Source: Candidatus Thorarchaeota archaeon (GTDB taxonomy: Archaea; Asgardarchaeota; Thorarchaeia; Thorarchaeales; Thorarchaeaceae). Taken from it: DNA of 64,000 nt. This document shows positions 51,835 through 62,125 of the stretch, in pieces. Below the pieces are notes generated by a model. It was not told the DNA's origin and did no database searches. It saw nothing but the letters and a program-made list of their open reading frames with translations. The position numbers and the translations under genes were made by a program. Every line of letters begins with the position of its first letter. The stretch's first letter is position 1. Where the stretch lies: the NCBI GenBank assembly GCA_963726195.1, contig CAVSBO010000003.1:64001-128000 (forward strand), read 5' to 3'.

Positions 51835-52913
51835 CTAGATCCAGTGTCTTCGCCTGAATGTGGCAAGCATCGCGATCATCATCGCAAGGGCCAGTGAAAC
51901 GAGCAGGAGATAATAGAAGGGCCACTGCACTTCAGGCATCTGGGGCACGAGGTTCATGCCGTACCAAGACGAAATCACCAAGGGAGGTATCACCACTGTG
52001 GACAGAACAGTGAGGAATTTTATGACCTCATTCAGCCTGTTCGTGACGCTCGAAAGGTAAATGTCAAGCATGCTTGCAAGCCATTCTCTGTAGATTTCGA
52101 TGTGGTCGGTTATCTGGATGACGTGGTCGTAGAGGTCCCGCAAGTATGGTAGAGTCGTCCTGTCAAACAGCTGAGGAGCTCTCTCTCAAGGGTCAGCACA
52201 ACCTCTCTCACGGGCCACGTGAATCTTCGAAGTTCCACAACCTTACGCTTTATGCCGTATATCTCTCGGAGTGTTTCAGCCGACGGATTGGCAATTAGCT
52301 GCTCTTGAGTCTCTTCAATCTTCTCACCTATTTCGTCGAGCATAACGAAGTAGAAGTCAACGATTGCGTCGATCAGACTGTAGGCAAGATAGTCTGCCTT
52401 GCTCTTCCTGATTCGCCCAGATGGTTCTTTGATCAACCTTCTAATCGGGTCAAACACATCACCCTCGATTTCCTGGAAGGATAAGACGAACCTATTCCCG
52501 AAGACAATGCTGACCTGCTCTGAGATTATCTCTTCATTGTTCGTAAGGTGATGAAACATCCTGGCCACGATAAATCCATACTCTGCGAGGATCTCTGCTT
52601 TTGGCTGTTGACCCGTATTCAGGATGTCCTCGATAGTAAGTGGATGAAGACCGAAGCAACGGCCAATCTGGTCCACGATATCATGATTTCGGACTCCGTC
52701 GACATTAATCCAGCGAACGTTGATACCTTTGGGTGGAGGCAAACACACGTCCAGAGACGTCGCAGTCCACTCCTTGTACTCGCTCTCATTGTAGTCGAAG
52801 ACAGTTATGCGAGGAATCTTAGTTGCACTTACGGTTGTCTCTGGACCGGTCGGCATATCCAGAGGAGACCGGGCTGCCGAATCTTTGTTACCTAGGTCGA
52901 CGCTCACATGCAT
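51835..52913 (-). CDS. corA: Magnesium/cobalt transporter CorA (frameshift ~52175)
   Basis: HPLTIEDI, DYLAYSLIDAIVD, YGMN, MPE. Confidence 0.9.
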
Positions 52914-53093
52914 GCCTCGCCAACATAGACTACAACGGATACCCGAGAGATAATCAACCAATAAAAAGGAAATGCATACGGGTACGTGTTCAGATTCCTT
53001 TGATTTCCTTCGTCCTGTCGCAGTCGCTACTCACTCTGTGGCTATTGGACTGTCTTTTGGTTTCGTGTCAATCAGTGCATGCTTTCAAGAAGC

Positions 53094-53988
53094 TCAAGAA
53101 GGGGTGGGATTGACAACGAACTGCTTCTCCAGCAGTGTCAGTGCAAAGCGCTTCCTGCTTCCTTTTGGTATCAAAGGACTTGCCAACAGTGCTTTCCTCA
53201 GCTGAAGCGGATAGATGCCCATCGCTCCTTTGTACTTGTGCCTCTTCGCGTATGAGAGTTGGTGGCCAAGATGAGAACAGAAAAGCCTCATCGTTGTGTG
53301 CATATATCGTGAAGCTCCACTCTGTCCCCTTCATTTCCTTTCTGTCGAGTCCAACTGAGAATGATTCTAGAAGCCCCGAACGCGCCGTGCTCCAAAACTG
53401 ACACTTCTCTTCCAACGCACTTAGGGAAGATCTGCTGACCTCTACTGCCTTCCAATCGAAAATGAGCATATCATTCAAAACCAAGTCCTGACTTGACAAG
53501 AGCTGCTCGTAAAGTGATGTGCCGTCCATCTTTGTCAGCTTTCGTCCCAGCTTGCGGACTGGTTCGATTTTGTCTGTCAAGGCCCAGAAGACCCCCATGT
53601 CGAATACTCGGTGCATTCCCACTTCTTCGCCGAGCTTGAGGGACGCATCATTCGTTGTGTCAGTTGTATACCTGACTCGGCTGACGCCAGTTCCTTCACT
53701 GAATTCCACGATATGCTTCGTTAGCAATCTCGCGAGACCGTGCTTTCTATAATCCCTATGCACTCTGAGCCCTTCCATCCACCCAGTGCGGCCGTCATCG
53801 ATTATCCTTAGGTTGTTCAGCCCCACCAAGTGCCCGTCAATCTCGATGCCAAAGGTATAGCACTTAGGGTCCTTAAGCCATTCATCAAATGCAAAGGGCA
53901 GGTAATCGTATCCGCCCCATGTGAGACGAGCTATTCTCATCATGTCGTCACGATCTGACTCGGTGACTCTTCGAATTTGAGGCTCCAT
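53094..53988 (-). CDS. GNAT acetyltransferase (frameshift ~53275)
   Basis: WGGYDYLP, WMEGLRVHRDYRKHGLA, N..SL. C-terminus continues in ORF 53094..53303. Confidence 0.8.
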
Positions 53989-54073
53989 GGCTGCTACACC
54001 CACGCTCATAGCTAATCTAGCTTTCTGAAATGATAATGAGATAGCAAACTCGGCAAAAGCTTGGAGCCAAGGC

Positions 54074-55510
54074 CTAGTGCTCAAAAACCAAGGTTTTCAC
54101 CACAACCGGCACGACAACGCCTTCGATGATTGGCTCTCCGATGTCTAGAAAATCACCATCACGAAGTGTTATCTCATCAATCGAGAGTATGTTGTTCACA
54201 ACATGGGTCTCTCTTTTCATCACGTTGCCCACGCTGTTGCCAACATCTGTGTCGAAGCACATTAGGATTGGTCTCCCTGAGGATATGGTGTTCGGCAGAG
54301 CGCCTAACACACCCTTCGCGAACTGGGTCAGGTTCTCATATGAAGGTCGCACGGCATCATTGAAAGCCAGAATTACATCATCTACACCTTCCACGAGGTC
54401 GAATCTCTGAAACGCTTTCAGCACGGCCGTCCTGACACTACCAACAAGAGTTCGCCCCTTTGGTACATCGGGAACTATCGCCATCAGGTTCCTCAAGGGA
54501 TACTTGAGCCCGGCCGTGAGAAACGTCGTGGAACCGCTCACCTGCAGATTGAACATCCCAGCACCGATCACCGTCGCGCGGATTCTTTGCTCAGGTGCCT
54601 CAACCCGCATCGGGAGTCGCTTCACAGCCGACAAGATCGCCTTGGCTAGGCCGGTCCCCAAGTCATGGTAGTCCTCACTCGTGGTACCGTAGATGTATTC
54701 AGCGACTCCTCCGGAGAATGTGAGTTCGTCCACTTTTCCCGAAAATGGAAGAGGGGGAGTGAGCATCAGCATTCTAGTCAACTTCGACTGTTGATTTGGC
54801 TGAATTGCATCGCAAAGAGCATTCGCCATCGCCGAGCTAATCGATTCCTTGGCTTCTCGTGTCAGCTGATTGCCGAGGTCAAGTGAGTACCCAACCTCTC
54901 TGGCAATCGCCTTTCCGGAGTCTTCGAGCCGCACAATTCTGTCTTGAGAGTCAGTCGCGACGAGGCGGCCGCCTACATTTATCGCGGCTGTCGCAATTAC
55001 CTTGCCGTCCTGGCATACCGCGATTTTCGATGTGCCTCCTCCGATGTCAACGTTCATGACAGTATTGTGCAGAGAAGCGGACCTAGCAACAGCGCCTGAG
55101 CCATGTGCCGCGAGCATTGCTTCATAGTTCGGGCCTGCAGTTGCTGCCACGAACTTCCCTGTTTCTCCAGCAAGTGACCTCACTATGAATTCTGCATTTT
55201 CCTTTCTTGCAGTCTCACCTGTGATGATGACTGCGCCCGTGTCAACGTCTGACGGATTAATCCCCGCCGCTCTGTAGTCATCAAGAAGGAGCCTTCTGAG
55301 TGTCTCAAAGTCGATGCTCCGCATTCCCACCAATGGCGTAAGATGAACGGCTCCAGCATGGATGACCTTTCGGTCGGTGATCTCGAATTTCTCAGTACGG
55401 CTCACAGGATCCTTTTCCAGAACTAAGCGGCTGAACACAAGATGCGAAGTCGAAGTGCCGATGTCAACCCCGACACTTGTCAGTTCTCTCTTCTGGGTCT
55501 TCAAGAACAT
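54074..55510 (-). CDS. eutA: Ethanolamine ammonia-lyase reactivating factor EutA-like (ASKHA ATPase)
   Basis: SVGVDIGTSTS, GAVIITGE, ATAGP, DIGGGT, IRATVIGAG, VVPVVVKTL. Confidence 0.88.
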   Translation of the reverse strand: MFLKTQKRELTSVGVDIGTSTSHLVFSRLVLEKDPVSRTEKFEITDRKVIHAGAVHLTPLVGMRSIDFETLRRLLLDDYRAAGINPSDVDTGAVIITGETARKENAEFIVRSLAGETGKFVAATAGPNYEAMLAAHGSGAVARSASLHNTVMNVDIGGGTSKIAVCQDGKVIATAAINVGGRLVATDSQDRIVRLEDSGKAIAREVGYSLDLGNQLTREAKESISSAMANALCDAIQPNQQSKLTRMLMLTPPLPFSGKVDELTFSGGVAEYIYGTTSEDYHDLGTGLAKAILSAVKRLPMRVEAPEQRIRATVIGAGMFNLQVSGSTTFLTAGLKYPLRNLMAIVPDVPKGRTLVGSVRTAVLKAFQRFDLVEGVDDVILAFNDAVRPSYENLTQFAKGVLGALPNTISSGRPILMCFDTDVGNSVGNVMKRETHVVNNILSIDEITLRDGDFLDIGEPIIEGVVVPVVVKTLVFEH

Positions 55511-55863
55511 CTTTGGTCCGACCGTCTGCAAGACTTGAGCGCGTGTTGATGCTCCTTTAAGGTTGCGAAATCCTGCATTTGCCGCTTTGCGACGAATCTG
55601 GAAACGCTCAATGGAATCTCGCGAGCGAAGTCCGCGGGACTATCGTCCACTTCGAGTGGCAACACAAACCAATCCAAGTAGGGAGCTTCAGTATTCGCAG
55701 AGCTCACCCAGAGGCTTGAATTCTCTGTTCGGAATCCTGTACGTGAAACAGCTATGCAAGAAAACAAGAATCTTGAAAAGGCAGGGCGACTAAGCGGCAC
55801 GCTGAATTCTTGGAAGACTGCTGGGAACGCACGAGCCTTCAATGGAGGCTTGGTACTAAGAGA

Positions 55864-56490
55864 ATGAATGAATCCGTCATAGATGCTGACACCATTGCTA
55901 AACAGCGAGGGTGGGTGATAGAGCGATACCAAGCGGATCAAGAAGCTGTAAGAAATCGCATTTTCCAAGGAGTTCCCGATTTAAGGCCACCCGACGGTCT
56001 CTCTCCTAACTGGAGAGACGAACTCATCCTTTGGTGGATGTGTCCGCCTTTGCTAGTCGGGCAGAGATCAGACATCATTCTAACAAGCAGGAGACTGATT
56101 GTTGAACATGCGATTACAGATAAGAAGATGCTCCAGAAAGCGAAAGAACACAAAGTGTTATGGGTAGTATGGTACGGGGACATCTTGAGAGTCACACCTA
56201 GATGGACCGGCGACTTGGGATCGCACGTCGAGGGCGGCGGAGGATATACTTATGGCTGGGGTTGGGGAGGAACGGGGGGAGTCTGGGGTCAGCAACAACC
56301 AGTCTGGACTGTTCAACACTATGTTCGGTGCGTTGTGGATGTTGAGACTAGACAAGGGGTTGTTAACGTGCCGACTATTGGCACGCCTTTCACTTGCAGA
56401 AATCCAGGCGAGATAGAGAACATCAGGCAATTCGCCTGGATGCTGGACGACCTAGTGAATAGGGCATGGCAGAAAAGCGGCAGTAAGTAA
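55864..56490 (+). CDS. Hypothetical protein, possible PH-like fold with Gly/Trp-rich insert
   Basis: IILTSRRLIV..WYGDI..C-terminal helix; GGGGYTYGWGWGGTGG insert. Confidence 0.55.
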   Translation: MNESVIDADTIAKQRGWVIERYQADQEAVRNRIFQGVPDLRPPDGLSPNWRDELILWWMCPPLLVGQRSDIILTSRRLIVEHAITDKKMLQKAKEHKVLWVVWYGDILRVTPRWTGDLGSHVEGGGGYTYGWGWGGTGGVWGQQQPVWTVQHYVRCVVDVETRQGVVNVPTIGTPFTCRNPGEIENIRQFAWMLDDLVNRAWQKSGSK

Positions 56491-56621
56491 GCTTCGCCTC
56501 TCATTTGGAGATTCATCAACACAGCAAGTCATACGGGAAAGGCGGTTTTTGGTAAGAGACACAATGAGTGCGTTTATACGCAAGGCGCATGCCGCGCGTG
56601 CATCGCCGGTGGACTTCAGCC

Positions 56622-57572
56622 ATGCCCTCTGCCTCGACCAAAGACTATGTCTTTCTGATATTCACAATGTTCTTTTGGGGAGGATCATGGGTCTCTGGGA
56701 AGGTCATAGTAGGAACAGCACCATCTTTTACAATCGGGTTCTTCCGTTTCTTCCTTGCTAGCATCTTTCTTCTGCCTGCCGCCTTCCTGTTGAATTCTCA
56801 CAATTCAAGTCATATCACCCGACGCACCATCATGCAGTATGCCGCGATGGGATTCATTGGCATATTCGGATACGGTATGTTCTTCCTTACGGGCATGAAA
56901 TTCACCACTGCCGCCCAAGGATCCATTATAGCAGGAATAAACCCGGCTACAGTGAGCCTTTGGGCTCACGTCGTTCACAAGGAGCACCTTGACAAGAACT
57001 GGAAATACGCAGGTTTTGTTCTGAGCTTCATTGGCGTCCTTTTTGTGATTGGAGTCCAAGCACTAATCGACTTTCGACCAGACTACATTATCGGTAATCT
57101 GCTCGTTCTGTGTGCGATGATGACCTGGGGAGCCTACTCAACAATAGGAAAGTCCGCCATGAAAGTGAGCTCACCGCTTCAAACGACCGCGGGAAGCGTT
57201 GCATTCGGCACCATGTTTTTCGCAACTGGTGCGTTCTTCGAAGGGTTCTGGACTCTCCCGGCAATGACAGACATGGTCTTTTGGGAAAACATACTCTTCC
57301 TTGCAATCCCGGTAACGTTCATCTCTTACATATTCTATTTCAGTGCAATCAAGGACATCGGAGCAACGAGGTCCGCAGTGTTCATCAATCTGGTTCCAGT
57401 GTTCGGCGTTTCCCTGTCCCTTCTTCTACTTCAGGAGACTATCTACTGGACCTTTGCCATTGGTCTCATCCTTGTCGTCATTGGCATAGGGGTTATCAAT
57501 TTCCCGGCAAGGAAGAAGAACGGGTCTACGTCAAAACCAAGTCCTGTCATTCATACGACAACTCAGACCTGA
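56622..57572 (+). CDS. DMT/EamA family transporter
   Basis: FWG, RF, 10 TM, IGATR..FINLVPV. Confidence 0.9.
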   Translation: MPSASTKDYVFLIFTMFFWGGSWVSGKVIVGTAPSFTIGFFRFFLASIFLLPAAFLLNSHNSSHITRRTIMQYAAMGFIGIFGYGMFFLTGMKFTTAAQGSIIAGINPATVSLWAHVVHKEHLDKNWKYAGFVLSFIGVLFVIGVQALIDFRPDYIIGNLLVLCAMMTWGAYSTIGKSAMKVSSPLQTTAGSVAFGTMFFATGAFFEGFWTLPAMTDMVFWENILFLAIPVTFISYIFYFSAIKDIGATRSAVFINLVPVFGVSLSLLLLQETIYWTFAIGLILVVIGIGVINFPARKKNGSTSKPSPVIHTTTQT

Positions 57573-57599
57573 GCACGGCGTTCGGGGACTAGCTTTTGA

Positions 57600-58589
57600 G
57601 TGTCCGGTCTTGGTACTACGATTGTGGTTACCCTTCGGGACATAGTAGAAGCCTATGACAGAATCAAGGATGCAGTTACGAAGACGCCCGTGATGACGTC
57701 ACGAACTGTGGACCAAATGGCTCAGTGCAAGGTTTTCTTCAAGTGCGAGAACTTCCAGCGTGCTGGAGCCTTCAAGTTCAGGGGCGCGTTCAACGCCATA
57801 TCACAGCTCACCGACGAAGAAAAGAGACGCGGAGTGATAACTCACTCATCTGGCAATCACGCTCAAGCACTCGCCTTGGCTTCTTCGATTCTAGGCGTCA
57901 AAGCTGTAGTCGTAATGCCACGCAACTCATCGAAGGTGAAGATGGAAGCCACACGCGGATACGGGGCAGAAGTAGTCCTTTGTGAGCCGACGCTCGAGTC
58001 GCGCGCGGCTACCGCACAGAAGCTGATCTCGAAGCATGGCTACGTGATGATTCATCCCTACAATGACGAGAGAATAATCGCGGGTGCCGGAACTGCAGCC
58101 CTCGAACTAATACGAGAAGTCGGGCCTCTGAATTGCGTACTTGCCCCAGTCGGAGGTGGAGGTCTCCTAAGCGGAACGTCCATTACGACAAAGGGCCTTT
58201 GCCCGGGAGCGAAAGTCATTGGGGCTGAACCCAAGAATGCGGATGATGCGTCACGCTCGTTCAAGACGAAGACGCTCCAACCAAGCGTGAGCCCAAGAAC
58301 CATTGCCGATGGGCTGAGAACATCACTCGGGGACATCACTTTTCGGATAATCTTGGAGAACGTTGACGACATCGTCACGGTTTCTGAAAACGAGATTCTC
58401 GCAGCGATGAAGATTCTTTGGGAGCGCATGAAACTCGTTGTTGAACCGTCAGCTGCTGTACCTCTTGCGGCGCTCTTGACGATCAGAGAATCATTGGCGC
58501 GAGCCAATGTAGGAGTCATTCTCAGTGGCGGTAATTTGGAATTGGATGCTCTCTTCCGGGAGTACGAAGGGACCATAGCCAAGGAATGA
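57600..58589 (+). CDS. PLP-dependent serine racemase/threonine dehydratase family
   Basis: KCENFQ..AFKFRGA, SSGNHAQ, GGGGL, ILSGGN. Confidence 0.9.
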   Translation: MSGLGTTIVVTLRDIVEAYDRIKDAVTKTPVMTSRTVDQMAQCKVFFKCENFQRAGAFKFRGAFNAISQLTDEEKRRGVITHSSGNHAQALALASSILGVKAVVVMPRNSSKVKMEATRGYGAEVVLCEPTLESRAATAQKLISKHGYVMIHPYNDERIIAGAGTAALELIREVGPLNCVLAPVGGGGLLSGTSITTKGLCPGAKVIGAEPKNADDASRSFKTKTLQPSVSPRTIADGLRTSLGDITFRIILENVDDIVTVSENEILAAMKILWERMKLVVEPSAAVPLAALLTIRESLARANVGVILSGGNLELDALFREYEGTIAKE

Positions 58590-58680
58590 CTCATGCCCCG
58601 GACGAGAATAACGTGAAGTGTACGGCGACTGATTATCACGATGCATAAGACCATTAGGGAGCATAAAGGTGTCCTCAGGT

Positions 58681-59211
58681 ATGGCCGAAAGGGTTCTGGT
58701 GTGCTATGGCACTCGTTACGGGTCGACCGCAGAAGTGGCAGCAGAAATAGGCAAGACAATTCAGGAGCGGGGTGTAGCCGCAGATGTCGTTGATCTCAAA
58801 AAGGGCAAGGTTCAACCAGTCGGCTACGATCTTATTGCGATAGGAAGCGGAATTCAGGCCGGAAAGTGGACCAAAGAAGCACTGGGTTTCATTGCGCGGC
58901 ACAAGGATGCACTTGCAGAAACGAGAGTGGCACTTTTCGTGGTGTGCGCTAGTGCTGGTTCCCCCGACAAGTGCAGCTTTGCACAGACAGAGTACCTCGA
59001 CAAGATTGCGGCTTCCTTTCCTTTTCTTCATGTTGTCAGTACCGGGCTGTTTGGTGGTGTGTTCGATTTCAAGAAGTACAGCGCTCCGGTCCGAATGCTA
59101 GTAAAGAGCATAGTAAAGAAGCAGACACCGGACGGCAAGGTGCCAGAGAAAATCGACTTCAGAGACTGGGACAAGGTACGTGCATGGGCCAAGTCGATTG
59201 CGGATTCCTAG
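58681..59211 (+). CDS. Flavodoxin-domain protein (HemG-like)
   Basis: YGTRYGST, DFRDW. Confidence 0.85.
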   Translation: MAERVLVCYGTRYGSTAEVAAEIGKTIQERGVAADVVDLKKGKVQPVGYDLIAIGSGIQAGKWTKEALGFIARHKDALAETRVALFVVCASAGSPDKCSFAQTEYLDKIAASFPFLHVVSTGLFGGVFDFKKYSAPVRMLVKSIVKKQTPDGKVPEKIDFRDWDKVRAWAKSIADS

Positions 59212-59266
59212 CGCCAAACCTGCCTCAGCCGGAAAGTTCATCATCCAACCATCGTGGGCTTCGGGT

Positions 59267-60000
59267 ATGCCAAAGGCTGCAAAGAAGGTTTCCATCAAGA
59301 GCGAGCCAAGAGTAGTAGTCACAAAGAATGGGCCATATTTGGTTTCGGGCAGCATTCCGCTCGTCAAGGAAGTTCCAATCATAGGCAAAGATGGCCACCC
59401 CGATAAGTGGGAGGTCACATCCACCTACCCTCCGCAAGAAGCTATGCATTGTGCCGATGCGGGGAATCACGAAACATGCCCTTCTGTGATGGAACGCACG
59501 CGACTATAGGATTTGATGGTACCGAGACCGCAAGCAAGAAGAAGTACCTTGAGCGCGCGAGCATGATTACAGGTCCAACGATTGACCTCACGGATGAACA
59601 GGATCTGTGTGCCGGAGCAAGATTTTGTCACAAGTCTGGGGGTACTTGGTCAAATGTCAGAAAGTCCGACGACCCGAAGGCGAAAGAAGATGCGATAGAG
59701 TCTGCAAGCAATTGTCCTGCGGGCAGACTTGTAGCTTGGGACAAAGCGACCAGAGAACCGATTGAACCTGCATTCAAACCCACAATCAGCCTGACAGAGG
59801 ATACCCAAAGAGGAGTAAGCGGGCCTCTATGGTTGAAGGGATGCATACCCTTCGAATCTGCAGATGGCTTCAAGTACGAAACAAGAAATCGTGTGACACT
59901 GTGCAGATGCGGCAAGTCGAGGAACAAACCGTTCTGTGATGGAAGCCACGTTTCTGCGAGGTTCAGTGATGGAGACGAGTCTCTGAAGGCTAAGCCATAA
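59267..60000 (+). CDS. CDGSH iron-sulfur protein, two CDGSH domains plus ferredoxin-like domain (frameshift ~59440)
   Basis: NGPY; LCRCG..PFCDGTH; CAGARFC..CPAG; LCRCG..PFCDGSH. Confidence 0.88.
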
Positions 60001-60066
60001 AGGCTCTCCCAAGTTGCTGAACGTTCAGATTGTCGAGAGAACTTCACTGGGTCTGAGGGTGGCTTG

Positions 60067-60739
60067 CTATTCTGACAGATAGCCCTTCTCAACAGAGCTG
60101 TCTATCAATCCCTTGGCATAAGCCCACAGTTTCTTCGATGCCTTCTCGATGTGCTTGTTGCGTTCAAGGACCTGTGCTTTTCTGATTTGATGCTTCTTCC
60201 ACGCGTGGCCCTCAGTGTTGTAGTTGAGGAGCAAAGGTTCTAACCTATCCAATGCGGCCGCGTAGCGCGCCTCGGCTGTTTTCGTCTCAACGAACTCATC
60301 CCACAATGCGCGCAATTCCTTTGCTTGATTAGCTGGGAGAACCGGAAACACCTTGTCAGCAGCACCATTCTCTCTCTTTCAGCTGCCCCTTCACTCCTTC
60401 TTCGTCGTAGCAGAATGTATCTCCTGCAAATACCTCGACAAGGTCGTGGATAAGAACCATCTTCATGACCTTGAGAAGATCCACGTTTTTCTGGTCAAGG
60501 TACTCATAGAGAATCATGGACATCAGTGCTAGATGCCAAGAATGCTCTGCATCGTTTTCTTGACGACGGGTCTGTGTAAGCACTGTCTGCCTGAACACAT
60601 CCTTGAGTTGATCCGCGAGGACAAGGAAATCTATCTGGTGAGAGAGGCGGTCCGCTACAGTATCAGTCAATCTCTTCTGTGCCTCCGTTCCGGACAGGCG
60701 AGGCCTCCCGGAACCTACTTGAAGCTTCTGTTTGGACAA
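60067..60739 (-). CDS. HD-domain hydrolase (frameshift ~60379)
   Basis: ENDAEHSW, IHDLVE..GD, LWDEF..EA..DRL.P. Start uncertain. Confidence 0.85.
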
Positions 60740-60877
60740 TCGGCCTTCCTTAACACGACAGGAAGCTCTACGATTATCTTCGGAGCCCTCTCCACTTCAA
60801 ATCTGTTTCATTGAGAGTAGCCTCTGCGCCCTGAATATCGAAGGGTAGCTTGTGGGTTGCGATTAGAGGCGGACACC

Positions 60878-61975
60878 ATGGACCGATGGATCATGCATGT
60901 CGATATGGACGCATTCTTCGCATCGGTAGAGCAATTCAGAATTCATCCTGAGATACAGGGACGACCTGTTTGCGTTGGCCCTGACCCTAAGAGCGGACTG
61001 AGAGGCGTTGTCCGGTCAGCATCATACGAGGCGAGGGCTTATGGCGTCAAGTCAGGCATGCCGGTCTCAGCGGCTTCCAGACTATGCCCGGACGCAGTCT
61101 TCGTAGGCGGGGACTTCTCGAACTATGTGACTGCTTCTGAAGAAATGATACAGATCCTAAGGAGGTACGCTGACGGAGGCCGAGTTACGAAGGCAAGTAT
61201 AGACGAAGCGTATATTGAAGTCACAGAGAGGGTCGCACACTACTCAAGCCCCGTGGATCTTGCCAACGAGATACGCGCCACAATCAAGGCTGAAACCAAT
61301 CTCCCGTGTTCGGTTGGCATCGCACCAAACATGGCCGTAGCGAAAGTAGCTACAGGCCGCGGCAAGCCAAATGGAATTACGCTTGTCAACCAAGGCGCTG
61401 ACGCGGTAGCCAAGTTCCTAGCACCACTCAGCGTTCGGGTGATAAGCGGCGTCGGCGAAAAAACCGGAGAACGTCTTCAGGCATTTGGTATCGAAATTCT
61501 AAGCCAAGTGCAACAAATGTCGATTGCTGATTTGTGGCCGGTAATGGGCCGTGCTTCTCACTGGTTGCATCAAATGTCGTTCGGAATCGATGAGAGACCA
61601 TTGTTTGACACTGGACATCATGCAAGGGGGTCGATGAGTCATGATTCGACTTTCATGGAAGACGTGGATCCTGACAGCCTAGACTTTCTATGCGGCAGAC
61701 TCACAGATATGTGTACCAGAATCGCAGAGAGAGTCAGATCAAAGGGCTTGCTGTTTCGAGTCCTCACAGTCAAGATACGTTACAAGGACTTTACAACTGT
61801 TCAAGTAAGCAAGTCCCTGCCTGTCGGAACTGACAGCTGTCATGAACTATGTCGTGGAGTTCTTGACTTGTTCAATCGCAGACGCAGAACAGACATTCCT
61901 ATCCGGCTCCTAGGAGTCAAGGTCTCGGATCTGAGTGAAAGGCAAGCACAGACTGCGCTCACTCAATTCCTCTAA
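60878..61975 (+). CDS. dinB: Y-family DNA polymerase IV
   Basis: HVDMDAFFASVE, SYEAR..GV.SGM, SIDEAY; C-terminal PIP-like QTALTQFL. Confidence 0.93.
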   Translation: MDRWIMHVDMDAFFASVEQFRIHPEIQGRPVCVGPDPKSGLRGVVRSASYEARAYGVKSGMPVSAASRLCPDAVFVGGDFSNYVTASEEMIQILRRYADGGRVTKASIDEAYIEVTERVAHYSSPVDLANEIRATIKAETNLPCSVGIAPNMAVAKVATGRGKPNGITLVNQGADAVAKFLAPLSVRVISGVGEKTGERLQAFGIEILSQVQQMSIADLWPVMGRASHWLHQMSFGIDERPLFDTGHHARGSMSHDSTFMEDVDPDSLDFLCGRLTDMCTRIAERVRSKGLLFRVLTVKIRYKDFTTVQVSKSLPVGTDSCHELCRGVLDLFNRRRRTDIPIRLLGVKVSDLSERQAQTALTQFL

Positions 61976-62125
61976 TCAACTTGGTCAGAATGATGGCAGG
62001 ATTGAGTCAAGAGAGCACTCCGTAATCCGCGTTCCCCTCTGCAGGCCAATGTCCTTATCTAGCACCAAAGTATCAGACAACTGAGGGCAAGCCAGTCAGT
62101 TCGTGTTTACCTCGCGGGTGATCAC

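Noticed and set aside
11301-60739. Many split genes read as pseudogenes or programmed frameshifts
   Set aside because: Both halves are well conserved, there are no slippery heptamers, and the junctions cluster on two motifs. Systematic sequencing error is more parsimonious.
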